From contig DASZHD010000046.1 in the NCBI GenBank assembly GCA_035938175.1, positions 9,294-73,293 on the forward strand: a DNA stretch of 64,000 nucleotides, given 5' to 3'. Under the pieces are notes generated by a model, which was not told where the DNA came from, did not search any database, and was given only the letters and a program-made list of their open reading frames with translations. The DNA comes from Vulcanimicrobiaceae bacterium (GTDB lineage Bacteria > Vulcanimicrobiota > Vulcanimicrobiia > Vulcanimicrobiales > Vulcanimicrobiaceae). The position numbers were made by a program, and so were the translations under genes. This document shows positions 55,226 to 64,000 of the stretch, in pieces. Within the stretch, counting starts at the first letter, position 1. Each line of letters starts with the position of its first letter.

Positions 55226-56536
55226 ATGATGCTTGCCGCGCCTCCCCCGAGTTTCATCGCCCCCAAAGTTCTTAGCCGCGGTCCGAGCGTCGTCGAACCT
55301 CACGGCGCCGGACGCGTACTGGTTCAAGTTCAAGTCAACGCCGATGGTTCGTTTAAAGTGTTGCGTGTCGAACGCTCGACGAACAACGGCGACAATGCAG
55401 CGGCAATGGACGTCGCGGCGCATTCGACGTATTCACCCGGTATTCGCAACGGAAAACCGGTGGCGTCGATCCTGGATTTTCAAATCGTGTTCGGCGATCA
55501 AGCCGTTAGCGGGTCCGCCTCGAAAATCGACACGCTCTTGCACGATAACGACTTCGCAGCAGCCAAGGCTGCCGCGGAGGCCGCTCTGGCGCAGAGCCCC
55601 GAAAACCATTTGGTGCAAGCGCAACTCGGCGTAGCCGATGCATTTATGCACGACATTGCCGGTGCAGTGGCCGCATTCGATCGCGCCGGCTCGATACCGG
55701 ATGCATACACGGACGTTGCAATGCAGGCGTATGCAATGCATTCGCTTTCCATCGCCGGCACGCAGCCGCGGACAGCATACGTAGAAGCGCAGCACGCGAT
55801 GTCGCTGGGCGGCGATTATCGCGCATATTACGCGCTCGGCGTTGCGGAACAAGCCAACAAAGACAATTCAAGCGCCCTGGGCGATTTACGCAAAGCGCAA
55901 ACGCTGGCACAGGGCGCCAATCCGCCGCCCGATCAGCAAACGCTGGCGGGCATCGACCAGGCGTTGCTCTCCGCCGCGCAAACCGCCGGCGACAAAGCCA
56001 CGGCGGACCGCGTCAGCGCGGACATCGCCAAGATGGATCCGGGCGGGGCGGGGCGTACGGCCGCGTACAACTTCGACGTCCAGGGTTCGCAGGCGGCCTC
56101 GCGTCACGATTACACCGGCGCGGTCGCGTTCTACGAAAAAGGGGCAGCCGCCGCACCCGACTGGGCGGGACCGGTAGAGTATACGAAGGCGGCGATCATC
56201 TTGGCGACCGAACCGCTTCCGAACTATCAGGCGGCGCGCCTCGAAGCGGAAAAAGCAATAAACGCCAACGACCAGTATGCGCTTGCTTACTATGTCGATG
56301 CTGTCGCAATGGGGCAGGACGCACTCGGCAGCGGGAATATGGACGAGCTGTCGCGCGCCACGGACAGCGCGTACAAAGCGTCGACGCTGGCCCAAAAGGC
56401 CGGGGATGCAAAGCTCGCCGCGTCGGCCGCATACTTCGCGAAGTACCATCAGGTCGACATGAACCTGCAGGTCTGGTCCACCGGGCTTTCCATTAACCCG
56501 CGGTACTCAAATCAGATGCACACCCCCAACCAATAG
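55226..56536 (+). CDS. TonB-C-terminal-like domain + TPR-like repeat protein (tandem paralog)
   Basis: Collinear with the 53887 ORF along its whole length and of equal length (436 vs 437 aa). Example: GAGRVLVQVQVNADGSFKVLRVERSTNNGDNAAAMDVAAHSTYSPGIRNGKPV. Confidence 0.7.
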   Translation: MMLAAPPPSFIAPKVLSRGPSVVEPHGAGRVLVQVQVNADGSFKVLRVERSTNNGDNAAAMDVAAHSTYSPGIRNGKPVASILDFQIVFGDQAVSGSASKIDTLLHDNDFAAAKAAAEAALAQSPENHLVQAQLGVADAFMHDIAGAVAAFDRAGSIPDAYTDVAMQAYAMHSLSIAGTQPRTAYVEAQHAMSLGGDYRAYYALGVAEQANKDNSSALGDLRKAQTLAQGANPPPDQQTLAGIDQALLSAAQTAGDKATADRVSADIAKMDPGGAGRTAAYNFDVQGSQAASRHDYTGAVAFYEKGAAAAPDWAGPVEYTKAAIILATEPLPNYQAARLEAEKAINANDQYALAYYVDAVAMGQDALGSGNMDELSRATDSAYKASTLAQKAGDAKLAASAAYFAKYHQVDMNLQVWSTGLSINPRYSNQMHTPNQ

Positions 56537-56715
56537 TGCGCTTTTCCGGCCCCAACATTAAAAGGAGGCTAAGGAGGGTCTTAGCCGATTCCACATAATT
56601 CGTCCGGTTGGGTTCGGTCCGTACCCGCGAGTTTGGTATGTTCGAAACAAGGAACAGGGCGTAGCAAACCGCAGGCGGCCGCAAACCCCACTCACACAAC
56701 ATGTGGAGGAAAGCT

Positions 56716-59700
56716 ATGCGGTTTTCACTCGCGAAAGCGTGGACGAGGTTCACGCGCGCGATGCTCTGCGTCGCTGTGTCCCTTTCGTTTGTGTTTTCCA
56801 TGGCAGCCCCGTCCTATGCGGCCGGCGGCGTCCAAGGAAACCTGACGGGAACGGTACAGGACGCGAGTACCGGCAAGCCCCTCGCAGACGTCCATGTGAC
56901 GGCGACTTCGCCGTCAGGGAACTTTACGGGTTCCACGGATGCGGGCGGGCATTTCACCCTGCTGGGTCTTCCGGCCGACACGTACACCGTGTCGTTCACG
57001 AAGAACGGCTATGACTCTATCTCGCAACCCGGCGTAGCGGTCTTCGGCGACGAAACCGACAGCGTCGGAGTCATTCGCATGAACGCTTCTCTTCGGACCA
57101 TCGTCCACGTCAACGCCCGGGCGCGCAGCGGCGCGTATCAACCGACGCAGACGCAGGACGTGACGACGATCAGCGGACAGCGCATCACGCAAGCGCTCGG
57201 AAGCGCTACCAGCAAGAACGAGACGAACCTGATCCTCGCTGCCCCGGGCGCAATGCAGGATTCGCAGGGCAACATTACGGTTCGCGGTTCGCTCAACGTC
57301 GAGCTGGGTTACCAATACGACGGCGTCAACTTCACCAACCCGTTCTTCGACGGCAACGCGGGATCGGGTTATAACGAAACCGGCAGCGGTTACCTCGGCA
57401 ACATCACCGGCGGCTCCGGCGGCTCACTGCAAGTCGTCTCGGGTTCCGGCGATGCAACGCAAGGCAACATCGGCGCCGGCGTGATCAACATCGTCCCGCC
57501 ACGCGGAACCTATCCCGCGTCGGGCCTTTTGAGCGCCGCCGTTTCGGAACCGTTTTACGGTCACGACTTCGACGTCAACTACGCTTGGGCAACGCCCAAC
57601 AACCGGTTCTCGGATTTCTTCTCCTATGACGGAATCCGCAGCGTGCCGCAGTATGCGCCGTACGGTGTGGATGCTTCGACGATCGGCCAGTACTATGGCC
57701 TCAGTTCCGTCACGCACGACGACATCCAGAACAACTTCGTCTTCCGCTTCGGCCACAACAACAACATGGCGTTCCAGTGGCTGAACCGGAGCTCGGACGA
57801 ACGCCAATACGGTAACTACGGCGGTCTGCAACAAGCCACGTACTATCCGTACAATCCGATCGCAGCGGCGCCGTACGTTCAAGCGTGCGGATTCATCGGC
57901 GGCGGACCGTGCTTCCCCGGCGTCACCGATGCCAGCGGAAACGTGCTCCAAACGCCTGCACAGGAATACGCGGCAACGACGTTCCTGTTCCCGGGGGTTC
58001 CGTCTACCAACATCCTGCCAACGCAGGATGAAGAGGTTGCGGACACACCGCTCGCGTTCAACAAGCTCGGTTACACGTGGAACATCAATCCCACGACGTT
58101 CCTGAACTTGAACTACGCGAATCTGTACAACCAAAACATCGCCCACGGCTATACCAACGGCAGCTTCACGCCGTTCCTCATCGAGAACGGCGGACAGCGC
58201 GTGTTCGGCGACATGGAACTGACGCATCAATTCGGTCAGAACCACACGACCACGCTCGCGGTTCGTTATGAAGACGATCTGCCGCGCTGGCATCAAGAAG
58301 GGTACTTCCAACTCGACACGATGGGGCTGGGATCGCTCTATAACGCCGTGGCTGGAATCGGTTATCCGTCAGCCGACGACTTCTACGTTCCGCCGAACCA
58401 GGGTCAACCGGTAAGCGCCGCCAACCCGTGCCCGACCGTTCCGTTCCTCGGAACGCCCGGTTCGTGTTACGTCTACAGCTACATGCTCGCGCATGGCCTG
58501 TGGAACGGTTTGGCGTCGATGCCGCGCATCCCGACGCAAGGACTCGACTACCATCACACGATCTTCCACGAGTCCGGAATCGGCTTACGCGATCAGTGGA
58601 CGGTCAATTCGCGCCTGCATTTAGACTACGGTCTCCGTTTGGATGCAGACAACCTGGACTGGGGTGCGAACCCGTACAACACCTCGCCGACGGCTCTCTC
58701 GAACCCGAGTGACGTCAATCCGTCGGGATTGAACAACGACTTCCTGCGTCCGCGCATCTTCCAACCGCGCTTCGCAGCGTCGTATCAGCTGAGCGCGAGC
58801 GATGCGTTGCGGTTCTCGTACGGCCGTTCCGTCGAGTTCTTCTTCGCACAAACCGCCGGCACGCCGTTCGATCTCGCGAACGTGCCGTCGTTCTTCTTCC
58901 AGATGCCGGCCAAGGATACGGCGGCAGTTCCGGCTTGCGGAAGCGGCTGGAATCCCGATCAGCCCAAGACGATTAACTCGCCCAACGGCGGTCCGGGATA
59001 TCTCTGGAAGTGTCCGAACTACGCAGTTTCTTGGTACTGGCTCGGCGACCAGTTCTTCGACGCGCCCGACTTGGGCGGCGGCATCGGACCGCCGATCTAC
59101 AACAACTGGGATCTGCAATGGTCGCACCAGTTCACCAAGGGTATCGTGAACGGCTTCGGCATGAAACTGACCGGCTTCTATCGCCGCGGTTACGATGTCG
59201 AAGAGAACACGCTGCTCTCGAATGCTCCGCCGAACCCGATTACCGGCCAAACGTCGGCCTCGGTGTTCTCGACGCGTAACAACGGCGTCGAAAAGACCTC
59301 GGGTATCGAGTTCATGCTGACGTCTCCGGATCGTCCGACCGGCTTCAGCGGATTCTTGACGATGAACTACATCTCGTCGTTCACGTCCAATCCGCCGGTC
59401 GATCAGGCCGAAGTCGGCGGCAGCTCGAACTTCGCCAACGACCAGCTGCCGATTCTGTTCCAGTACGAATTCAACGCTGGACAGCTCTATCGCAGCGCGT
59501 TCCTGCCTCCGTTCCAAGGCCGCTTGGGACTTGAATACAAGACTGCCAACGGTTGGAAGATCAATCCGATCTTCGCATTCGACGGCGGCTATCCGACAGG
59601 CGTCGGATCGCAAACCTACGGCGCCGTCAACGGTGCGTATGTCTGGATTCCGGAAACGAACTTCGGCGCAGGGTCGCCGCTGGGCGGTCCGAACGGCCCC

Positions 59701-60129
59701 GGTAATCCGTACAACGCCTCGTTCTTCGTCGATCCCGCAAACCCGGGCAACTACCTGTCTCCGAATATCGCCGCATCGCGCGGTTATCCGGAACCGGCAC
59801 TTCCCGGCAATGCATTGACGAAGGCGCACGGAAACTTGGATCTCGATCTGGAGTACGCGCCGCCGGGCTCGCCCTGGACGGTGGGTGCTTACGTCGCGAA
59901 CCTGTTCAATAACCACTACGGCCTGTGGTATCCGAACCAGCAATACCAGCCCGTCGCAACGGGCGTTTCGGGTCCACAGACAGGAACGTTTGCAACCGCG
60001 TATCCGGGATCGCCTTTCTGGCAAAACGGCGTACGCGACAACTTCCTTGGCACATACGCGAACGGTCCGTTCCAAGTACCGTACAACGCCGGTACGAACA
60101 TTCAGTTCTACCTGCAGCGTCGGCTTTAG
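56716..60129 (+). CDS. large TonB-dependent-receptor-like outer-membrane protein with carboxypeptidase-regulatory-like domain
   Basis: GGAGGA RBS then ATG 56716. Signal peptide (LCVAVSLSFVFSMAAPSYA), a CarboxypepD_reg-like segment (NLTGTVQDASTGKPLADVHVTA...DTYTVSF), a plug-like segment (GNITVRGSLNVELGYQYDGVNF), and about 900 aa of beta-rich sequence ending ..NIQFYLQRRL. Confidence 0.8.
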   Translation: MRFSLAKAWTRFTRAMLCVAVSLSFVFSMAAPSYAAGGVQGNLTGTVQDASTGKPLADVHVTATSPSGNFTGSTDAGGHFTLLGLPADTYTVSFTKNGYDSISQPGVAVFGDETDSVGVIRMNASLRTIVHVNARARSGAYQPTQTQDVTTISGQRITQALGSATSKNETNLILAAPGAMQDSQGNITVRGSLNVELGYQYDGVNFTNPFFDGNAGSGYNETGSGYLGNITGGSGGSLQVVSGSGDATQGNIGAGVINIVPPRGTYPASGLLSAAVSEPFYGHDFDVNYAWATPNNRFSDFFSYDGIRSVPQYAPYGVDASTIGQYYGLSSVTHDDIQNNFVFRFGHNNNMAFQWLNRSSDERQYGNYGGLQQATYYPYNPIAAAPYVQACGFIGGGPCFPGVTDASGNVLQTPAQEYAATTFLFPGVPSTNILPTQDEEVADTPLAFNKLGYTWNINPTTFLNLNYANLYNQNIAHGYTNGSFTPFLIENGGQRVFGDMELTHQFGQNHTTTLAVRYEDDLPRWHQEGYFQLDTMGLGSLYNAVAGIGYPSADDFYVPPNQGQPVSAANPCPTVPFLGTPGSCYVYSYMLAHGLWNGLASMPRIPTQGLDYHHTIFHESGIGLRDQWTVNSRLHLDYGLRLDADNLDWGANPYNTSPTALSNPSDVNPSGLNNDFLRPRIFQPRFAASYQLSASDALRFSYGRSVEFFFAQTAGTPFDLANVPSFFFQMPAKDTAAVPACGSGWNPDQPKTINSPNGGPGYLWKCPNYAVSWYWLGDQFFDAPDLGGGIGPPIYNNWDLQWSHQFTKGIVNGFGMKLTGFYRRGYDVEENTLLSNAPPNPITGQTSASVFSTRNNGVEKTSGIEFMLTSPDRPTGFSGFLTMNYISSFTSNPPVDQAEVGGSSNFANDQLPILFQYEFNAGQLYRSAFLPPFQGRLGLEYKTANGWKINPIFAFDGGYPTGVGSQTYGAVNGAYVWIPETNFGAGSPLGGPNGPGNPYNASFFVDPANPGNYLSPNIAASRGYPEPALPGNALTKAHGNLDLDLEYAPPGSPWTVGAYVANLFNNHYGLWYPNQQYQPVATGVSGPQTGTFATAYPGSPFWQNGVRDNFLGTYANGPFQVPYNAGTNIQFYLQRRL

Positions 60130-60144
60130 GACTAGGAGGAGCAC

Positions 60145-61530
60145 TTGAATAAACTCAATTCGCTCCTTGCGCTGGCGGCGGTGAGCTCTTTGCTCACCGC
60201 CTGCAGCCAAGGAAATTCAGCACCGCCGGCGGTTACCACCGTTCCGGTCGGAAGCCCGAGCTACAGTAAGCTGCAGCTTGCGGTCGGTAACGCAACGTTG
60301 CCCGGCGGTTTTGGAGTAAATATCGTATCGACGCTGCGTCAGCCGAACGGTCTTAGCGCCGTGCTGCTCGACACGCCGTCGATCTCCGGTCCGTGGACGT
60401 TGCCGGCGGCAGCGCCTGCGGGTGGCGGTCCCGATGCGTATGCCACCATCAATGATGGTGGTCCCAGCATGGCGGATTTTGCCAGCAACGCTCTAACGGG
60501 GACGCCGCTGACGGTTCATCTCGGTGCACCGGCTTGCGACACCGCGGGCGTTGCCCCGGCCGGTTTCTCACAATGTCCGGCGGGCGTGACGCCGGATACG
60601 ACGACGTTCGGTCAGAGCGGCGGCGTATTCGGGATGGGTTTGCAACCGGCAAACTCGACGACGAACACGACCGCGACATCGTACGTTCCGTATGGTCAAC
60701 CGATCTTTGCCACTGCCGCGATGGTCGCAGCACTGACGGGACCGGCTACAGGCGGCGCGACGGCAATCCCGGGCGCACCCTTTACCACGTTCGGCGGTCC
60801 GCCGTCGTTCCATGACAGCACCAGCAACATGGGATGGCGCGACGGTCTCCATAACCTCGGTTCGGGTGTCCTTGGATGGGACGAAGGCATTAACGTAGTT
60901 CAGCTACCGGCCGCATCCGCTACCGGTACGTATACGATGAACGTAGCGATTCCCACGGGGCAGAACAGCCAAGGGCAATCGTCGTTTGCCACCGTCACCG
61001 CAAGCGCTCATCTGGGCGGCACCGTGTTGCCGGCAATCCCGGCCGCGCCGGTCCTTGCACTGGATGGTGCGGGCGGCGGAACGGTCACCGCGACGTTGCC
61101 CGCGGGCGCAACCGAGGGCTACGTCCAGATTGTCGATTGGGGCCCGAACGGCCATGCCGGAGCCTCGGATGGTTCCGGTGCCAATTGCCAAGGCGCGTTG
61201 GGCACGGCGGCGTTTCCGGTCTACTACACGATTCGTATAGTACCGGGTACGACGACGTACACGCTGCCGGACACCGACGGTCCGAATACCACGCAAAACG
61301 GCCCGTCGGCTCTTACGCCAAGCCCGTCCATCTGCACGGCGGCGCAAAACGCCAAAGCCGTAGCAACCGGGACGCCTGGCGACACGTTCACGACCCAAGA
61401 GTTTGCGGTGGATTATCCGCTTTTCGAAGCGTCATATCCGAACACCACCTCGCAGGCTCCGGCGCTGACCGGCACGGCCGGCCAAGCGGACATCTCGATC
61501 TCTCCGAACGCGACGTCAGCTTCGCCGTAG
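60145..61530 (+). CDS. lipoprotein of unknown function
   Basis: AGGAGGA RBS, TTG start, lipobox (LAAVSSLLTAC). 461 aa, rich in Thr/Gly/Pro/Ala. It lies immediately downstream of the receptor, in a SusD-like position, but I saw no sequence similarity. Confidence 0.6.
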   Translation: MNKLNSLLALAAVSSLLTACSQGNSAPPAVTTVPVGSPSYSKLQLAVGNATLPGGFGVNIVSTLRQPNGLSAVLLDTPSISGPWTLPAAAPAGGGPDAYATINDGGPSMADFASNALTGTPLTVHLGAPACDTAGVAPAGFSQCPAGVTPDTTTFGQSGGVFGMGLQPANSTTNTTATSYVPYGQPIFATAAMVAALTGPATGGATAIPGAPFTTFGGPPSFHDSTSNMGWRDGLHNLGSGVLGWDEGINVVQLPAASATGTYTMNVAIPTGQNSQGQSSFATVTASAHLGGTVLPAIPAAPVLALDGAGGGTVTATLPAGATEGYVQIVDWGPNGHAGASDGSGANCQGALGTAAFPVYYTIRIVPGTTTYTLPDTDGPNTTQNGPSALTPSPSICTAAQNAKAVATGTPGDTFTTQEFAVDYPLFEASYPNTTSQAPALTGTAGQADISISPNATSASP

Positions 61531-61624
61531 TTCCTTCGGGACGAAAGCAAAAAACGAGGGTGGAGCAATCCACCCTCGTTTTTCATTTGCAACCCGGTAC
61601 GCGTTGTGTGAATATGCATGAGAT

Positions 61625-62152
61625 ATGAGAATTCGCTCAACCACGATTCTGGCGGTGCGCCGGGACGGAAAGCTCGCCGTAGCAGGCGACGGGCAAGTTA
61701 CCTTCGATAAAACGGTCATGAAGCACGGTGCGCGCAAAGTGCGGCGCATCGCGGGCGGTAAAGTCATTGCCGGCTTTGCGGGATCGGCAGCGGACGGCAT
61801 TACCTTGCTCGAAAAATTCGAAGGCAAATACAACGAGTACAAAGACATCATGCGCGCGTCGGTCGAGCTCGCGAAAGAGTGGCGTCAGGACCGCGCCCTG
61901 CGCCGTCTCGAGGCGCTGCTGATCGTCGGAAATGCGGATCATTTGCTGGTACTCAGCGGAAACGGCGACGTAATCGAACCGGACGAGGGCGTCGCTGCAA
62001 TCGGCAGCGGCGGACCGTACGCGCAGGCGGCAGCAGCCGCACTGGTTCGAAACACCGCCATGCCGGCCGAAGAGATAGCGCGCAAGGCGTTGGAGATCGC
62101 CTCGGAAATCTGCATTTACACGAACGACAGTATCATCGTGGAGAGCCTCTAG
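61625..62152 (+). CDS. hslV: ATP-dependent protease subunit HslV
   Basis: [22 protein letters not shown] (N-terminal Thr nucleophile after processing), [15 protein letters not shown]. Confidence 0.95.
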   Translation: MRIRSTTILAVRRDGKLAVAGDGQVTFDKTVMKHGARKVRRIAGGKVIAGFAGSAADGITLLEKFEGKYNEYKDIMRASVELAKEWRQDRALRRLEALLIVGNADHLLVLSGNGDVIEPDEGVAAIGSGGPYAQAAAAALVRNTAMPAEEIARKALEIASEICIYTNDSIIVESL

Positions 62153-62169
62153 TGGCAGGCGGGAACGAC

Positions 62170-63591
62170 ATGATTCAGCTCACGCCGCGCGCCATCGTTG
62201 CCGAGCTCGATAAGTACATCGTCGGCCAGGCAAACGCAAAACGTGCCGTAGCCATCGCCATGCGCAACCGGTATCGCCGCGAAAATGTGCGCGAAGACTT
62301 GCGGGCCGAGATCATTCCGAAGAACATTTTGATGATCGGGCCTACCGGCGTTGGCAAAACCGAGATCGCGCGCCGCTTGGCCGCGCTCTCCGGCGCCCCG
62401 TTCGTGAAAGTCGAGGCTACGAAATATACCGAGGTCGGCTACGTTGGCCGCGACGTCGAGTCGATGGTTCGCGACTTGGTCGAACACGCGGTGCGCATGG
62501 TCACCGACGAACGCCGTGAAGAAGTGAAAGATCTCGCGGAGAAAATGGCAGTGGATCGTATCATCGATCTGCTTCATCCCGAGACGCGTCCGCCCGCGCC
62601 TCCGGGACAGCAGAATCCGTTTGCGGCGACGCTGGGATCGATCTTCGGCGGTCAATACGCGCAACAGCAACAGCAGCAGGCGCCGCCGCCACCGCCACAG
62701 AGTCCCGACACGGCTCGCGTGCGCGATCAAGCGCGGGCAGACGTCGAGCGCGGATTCTACGACGTGCGCCTGGTCGAAATCGAGACCGAAGAAGCGCCGA
62801 ACGTTCCGATCGGCGTTATCGGCGGCGGGTTCGATCAGGGCGGCGGCGTTGGAGACATCGGTGAAATGCTCGGCGGGATCTTGCCGAAGAAGCACATTAA
62901 AAAGCGGGTGACGGTGCAAGAAGCCCGCCGAATTTTCGCGCAGGAAGAAGCCAACAAACTGATCGACATGGATGCGGTCAAGCGCGAAGCGTTGCGGCGC
63001 GCGGGCGAAAACGGCATCATCTTCATCGACGAGATCGACAAAGTCGCGGGAAGAGAAGGCGGCCGCGGCCCCGACGTCTCGCGCGAAGGCGTGCAGCGCG
63101 ATATCCTGCCGATTGTCGAAGGCAGCACGGTCAACACCAAATACGGCACGATCAAAACCGATCATATCTTGTTCATCGCGGCCGGCGCATTTCACATCAG
63201 CAAACCGTCGGACCTGATTCCCGAACTGCAGGGCCGCTTCCCGATACGCGTGGAGCTCGATTCGCTGACGGCAGAAGACTTCAAAACGATTCTTACACAG
63301 CCGAAGAACGCGCTAACCGAGCAGTATAAAGCGCTGCTTGCCACCGAAAACGTGACGCTGGACTTTCAGCCGGACGGCATCGAGCAGCTCGCGCAATTCG
63401 CGATGCAAGTCAACGAGCAGAGCGAGAACATCGGCGCGCGACGGCTGCATACGGTGCTCGAGCGGCTTCTGGACGAGGTGAGCTTCGGAGCGCCCGAGCA
63501 AGGGGGAACTGTGGTCATCGACGCCGCGTACGTCAAGCAGAAGCTGCAAGACGTGGTCACGAACGCGGACTTGAGCAGTTACATTTTATAA
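62170..63591 (+). CDS. hslU: ATP-dependent protease ATPase subunit HslU
   Basis: [27 protein letters not shown], Walker [50 protein letters not shown] use the ATG at 62170; the ORF-track start lies inside hslV. Confidence 0.95.
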   Translation: MIQLTPRAIVAELDKYIVGQANAKRAVAIAMRNRYRRENVREDLRAEIIPKNILMIGPTGVGKTEIARRLAALSGAPFVKVEATKYTEVGYVGRDVESMVRDLVEHAVRMVTDERREEVKDLAEKMAVDRIIDLLHPETRPPAPPGQQNPFAATLGSIFGGQYAQQQQQQAPPPPPQSPDTARVRDQARADVERGFYDVRLVEIETEEAPNVPIGVIGGGFDQGGGVGDIGEMLGGILPKKHIKKRVTVQEARRIFAQEEANKLIDMDAVKREALRRAGENGIIFIDEIDKVAGREGGRGPDVSREGVQRDILPIVEGSTVNTKYGTIKTDHILFIAAGAFHISKPSDLIPELQGRFPIRVELDSLTAEDFKTILTQPKNALTEQYKALLATENVTLDFQPDGIEQLAQFAMQVNEQSENIGARRLHTVLERLLDEVSFGAPEQGGTVVIDAAYVKQKLQDVVTNADLSSYIL

Positions 63592-63594
63592 TCT

Positions 63595-63830
63595 TGTCAT
63601 GCTGAGGAATCGAAGCACCCTGAGGAATCGAAGGGCCACGCATTGTCATGCTGAGGAATCGAAGCACCCTGAGGAATCGAAGGGTAACGTATTGTCATGC
63701 TGAGGCATCGAAGCACCCTGAGGAATCGAAGAGTCACGCCGTTGTCATGCTGAGGCATCGAAGCACCCTGAGGAATCGAAGGGTCACGCGTCGTCATGGT
63801 GAGGTATCGAACCACGCCGAGGCATCGAGG
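63595..63830 (+). repeat. 49-nt repeat family, tandem array of five units
   Basis: Units start at 63595, 63644, 63693, 63744 and 63793 (period 49-51 nt). The last unit is degenerate. The array begins 4 nt after the hslU stop. Confidence 0.9.
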
Positions 63831-63838
63831 CGATTTGG

Positions 63839-64000
63839 CTACCCCGCCTGCGCAGCAGTCATCTTCCGCCGCTTGCGGTCGTACATACGCTCGTCCGCCG
63901 TGCGAATGAGCCCAGGCAAATCGGCGGCATCTCCGGGGAACACGCTCGTGCCGACCGTTGCGCCGACATCCGGTAATCCATCCGCATCGCTAAACGGCGC
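63839..64000 (-). CDS. C-terminal end of a GGDEF-domain protein (partial, runs off the window)
   Basis: Minus-strand translation gives ...DVGATVGTSVFPGDAADLPGLIRTADERMYDRKRRKMTAAQAG-stop. The RTADERMYDRKR tail is typical of diguanylate cyclase domains (ADeAMY.AK). Confidence 0.6.
   Translation of the reverse strand, partial: APFSDADGLPDVGATVGTSVFPGDAADLPGLIRTADERMYDRKRRKMTAAQAG

Noticed and set aside
63595-63830. Possible CRISPR array (regular ~49-nt periodicity); also considered at 13769..13938.
   Set aside because: The whole 49-nt unit repeats, and there are no unique spacers between the repeats. No cas genes are present, and the same unit occurs inside coding sequences.

Overview
This is a high-GC bacterial chromosome segment (about 60-65% GC by eye) from a diderm organism. 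It carries TonB-dependent receptors and the LPS-heptose gene hldD, but its gene order is Firmicute/Terrabacteria-like (ymdB-spoVS; topA-trmFO...hslV-hslU).

Housekeeping genes I recognise with confidence: hldD, ahcY, metK, ymdB, spoVS, topA, trmFO, hslV, hslU, tRNA-Asn(GTT), an M16 peptidase, a multicopper oxidase, an MFS transporter, a family-5 ABC substrate-binding protein, a LytS/LytTR two-component pair, a PhzF-like isomerase, a GNAT and a PaaI thioesterase.

The most notable region is a visibly lower-GC accessory island directly downstream of tRNA-Asn (about 24.1-36 kb, with a second low-GC patch at 38.8-40.3 kb). In order it contains:
- a truncated sigma-factor fragment;
- vsr;
- a four-gene LlaJI/BsuMI-type restriction-modification cassette (two C5-cytosine methyltransferases, an McrB-like AAA+ protein and an McrC-like nuclease);
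- a decayed IS3-family remnant;
- a giant (about 1150 aa) single-polypeptide Cas4/RecB-like nuclease + RNase-H-like domain + SF1 helicase;
- a WYL-domain regulator divergent from two uncharacterised genes.

Other unusual observations:
- A 49-nt repeat family (gtcatgctgaggNatcgaagcaccctgaggaatcgaaggg...) forms tandem intergenic arrays at four loci and is inserted in-frame, in the same orientation and frame, into two conserved enzymes (the multicopper oxidase and TrmFO).
- One copy pair forms a perfect 57-bp inverted repeat around a 92-bp double-hairpin core.
- A cytochrome c / beta-barrel-like / cytochrome c / YtkA-like fusion protein is translationally coupled to a Tat-exported multicopper oxidase.
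- An outer-membrane module with two anchorless TonB-C/TPR paralogs is inserted between trmFO and hslV.
- A GGRKK-repeat histone-H1-like protein is present.

All functional calls rest on motif recognition by eye. No database search was run.
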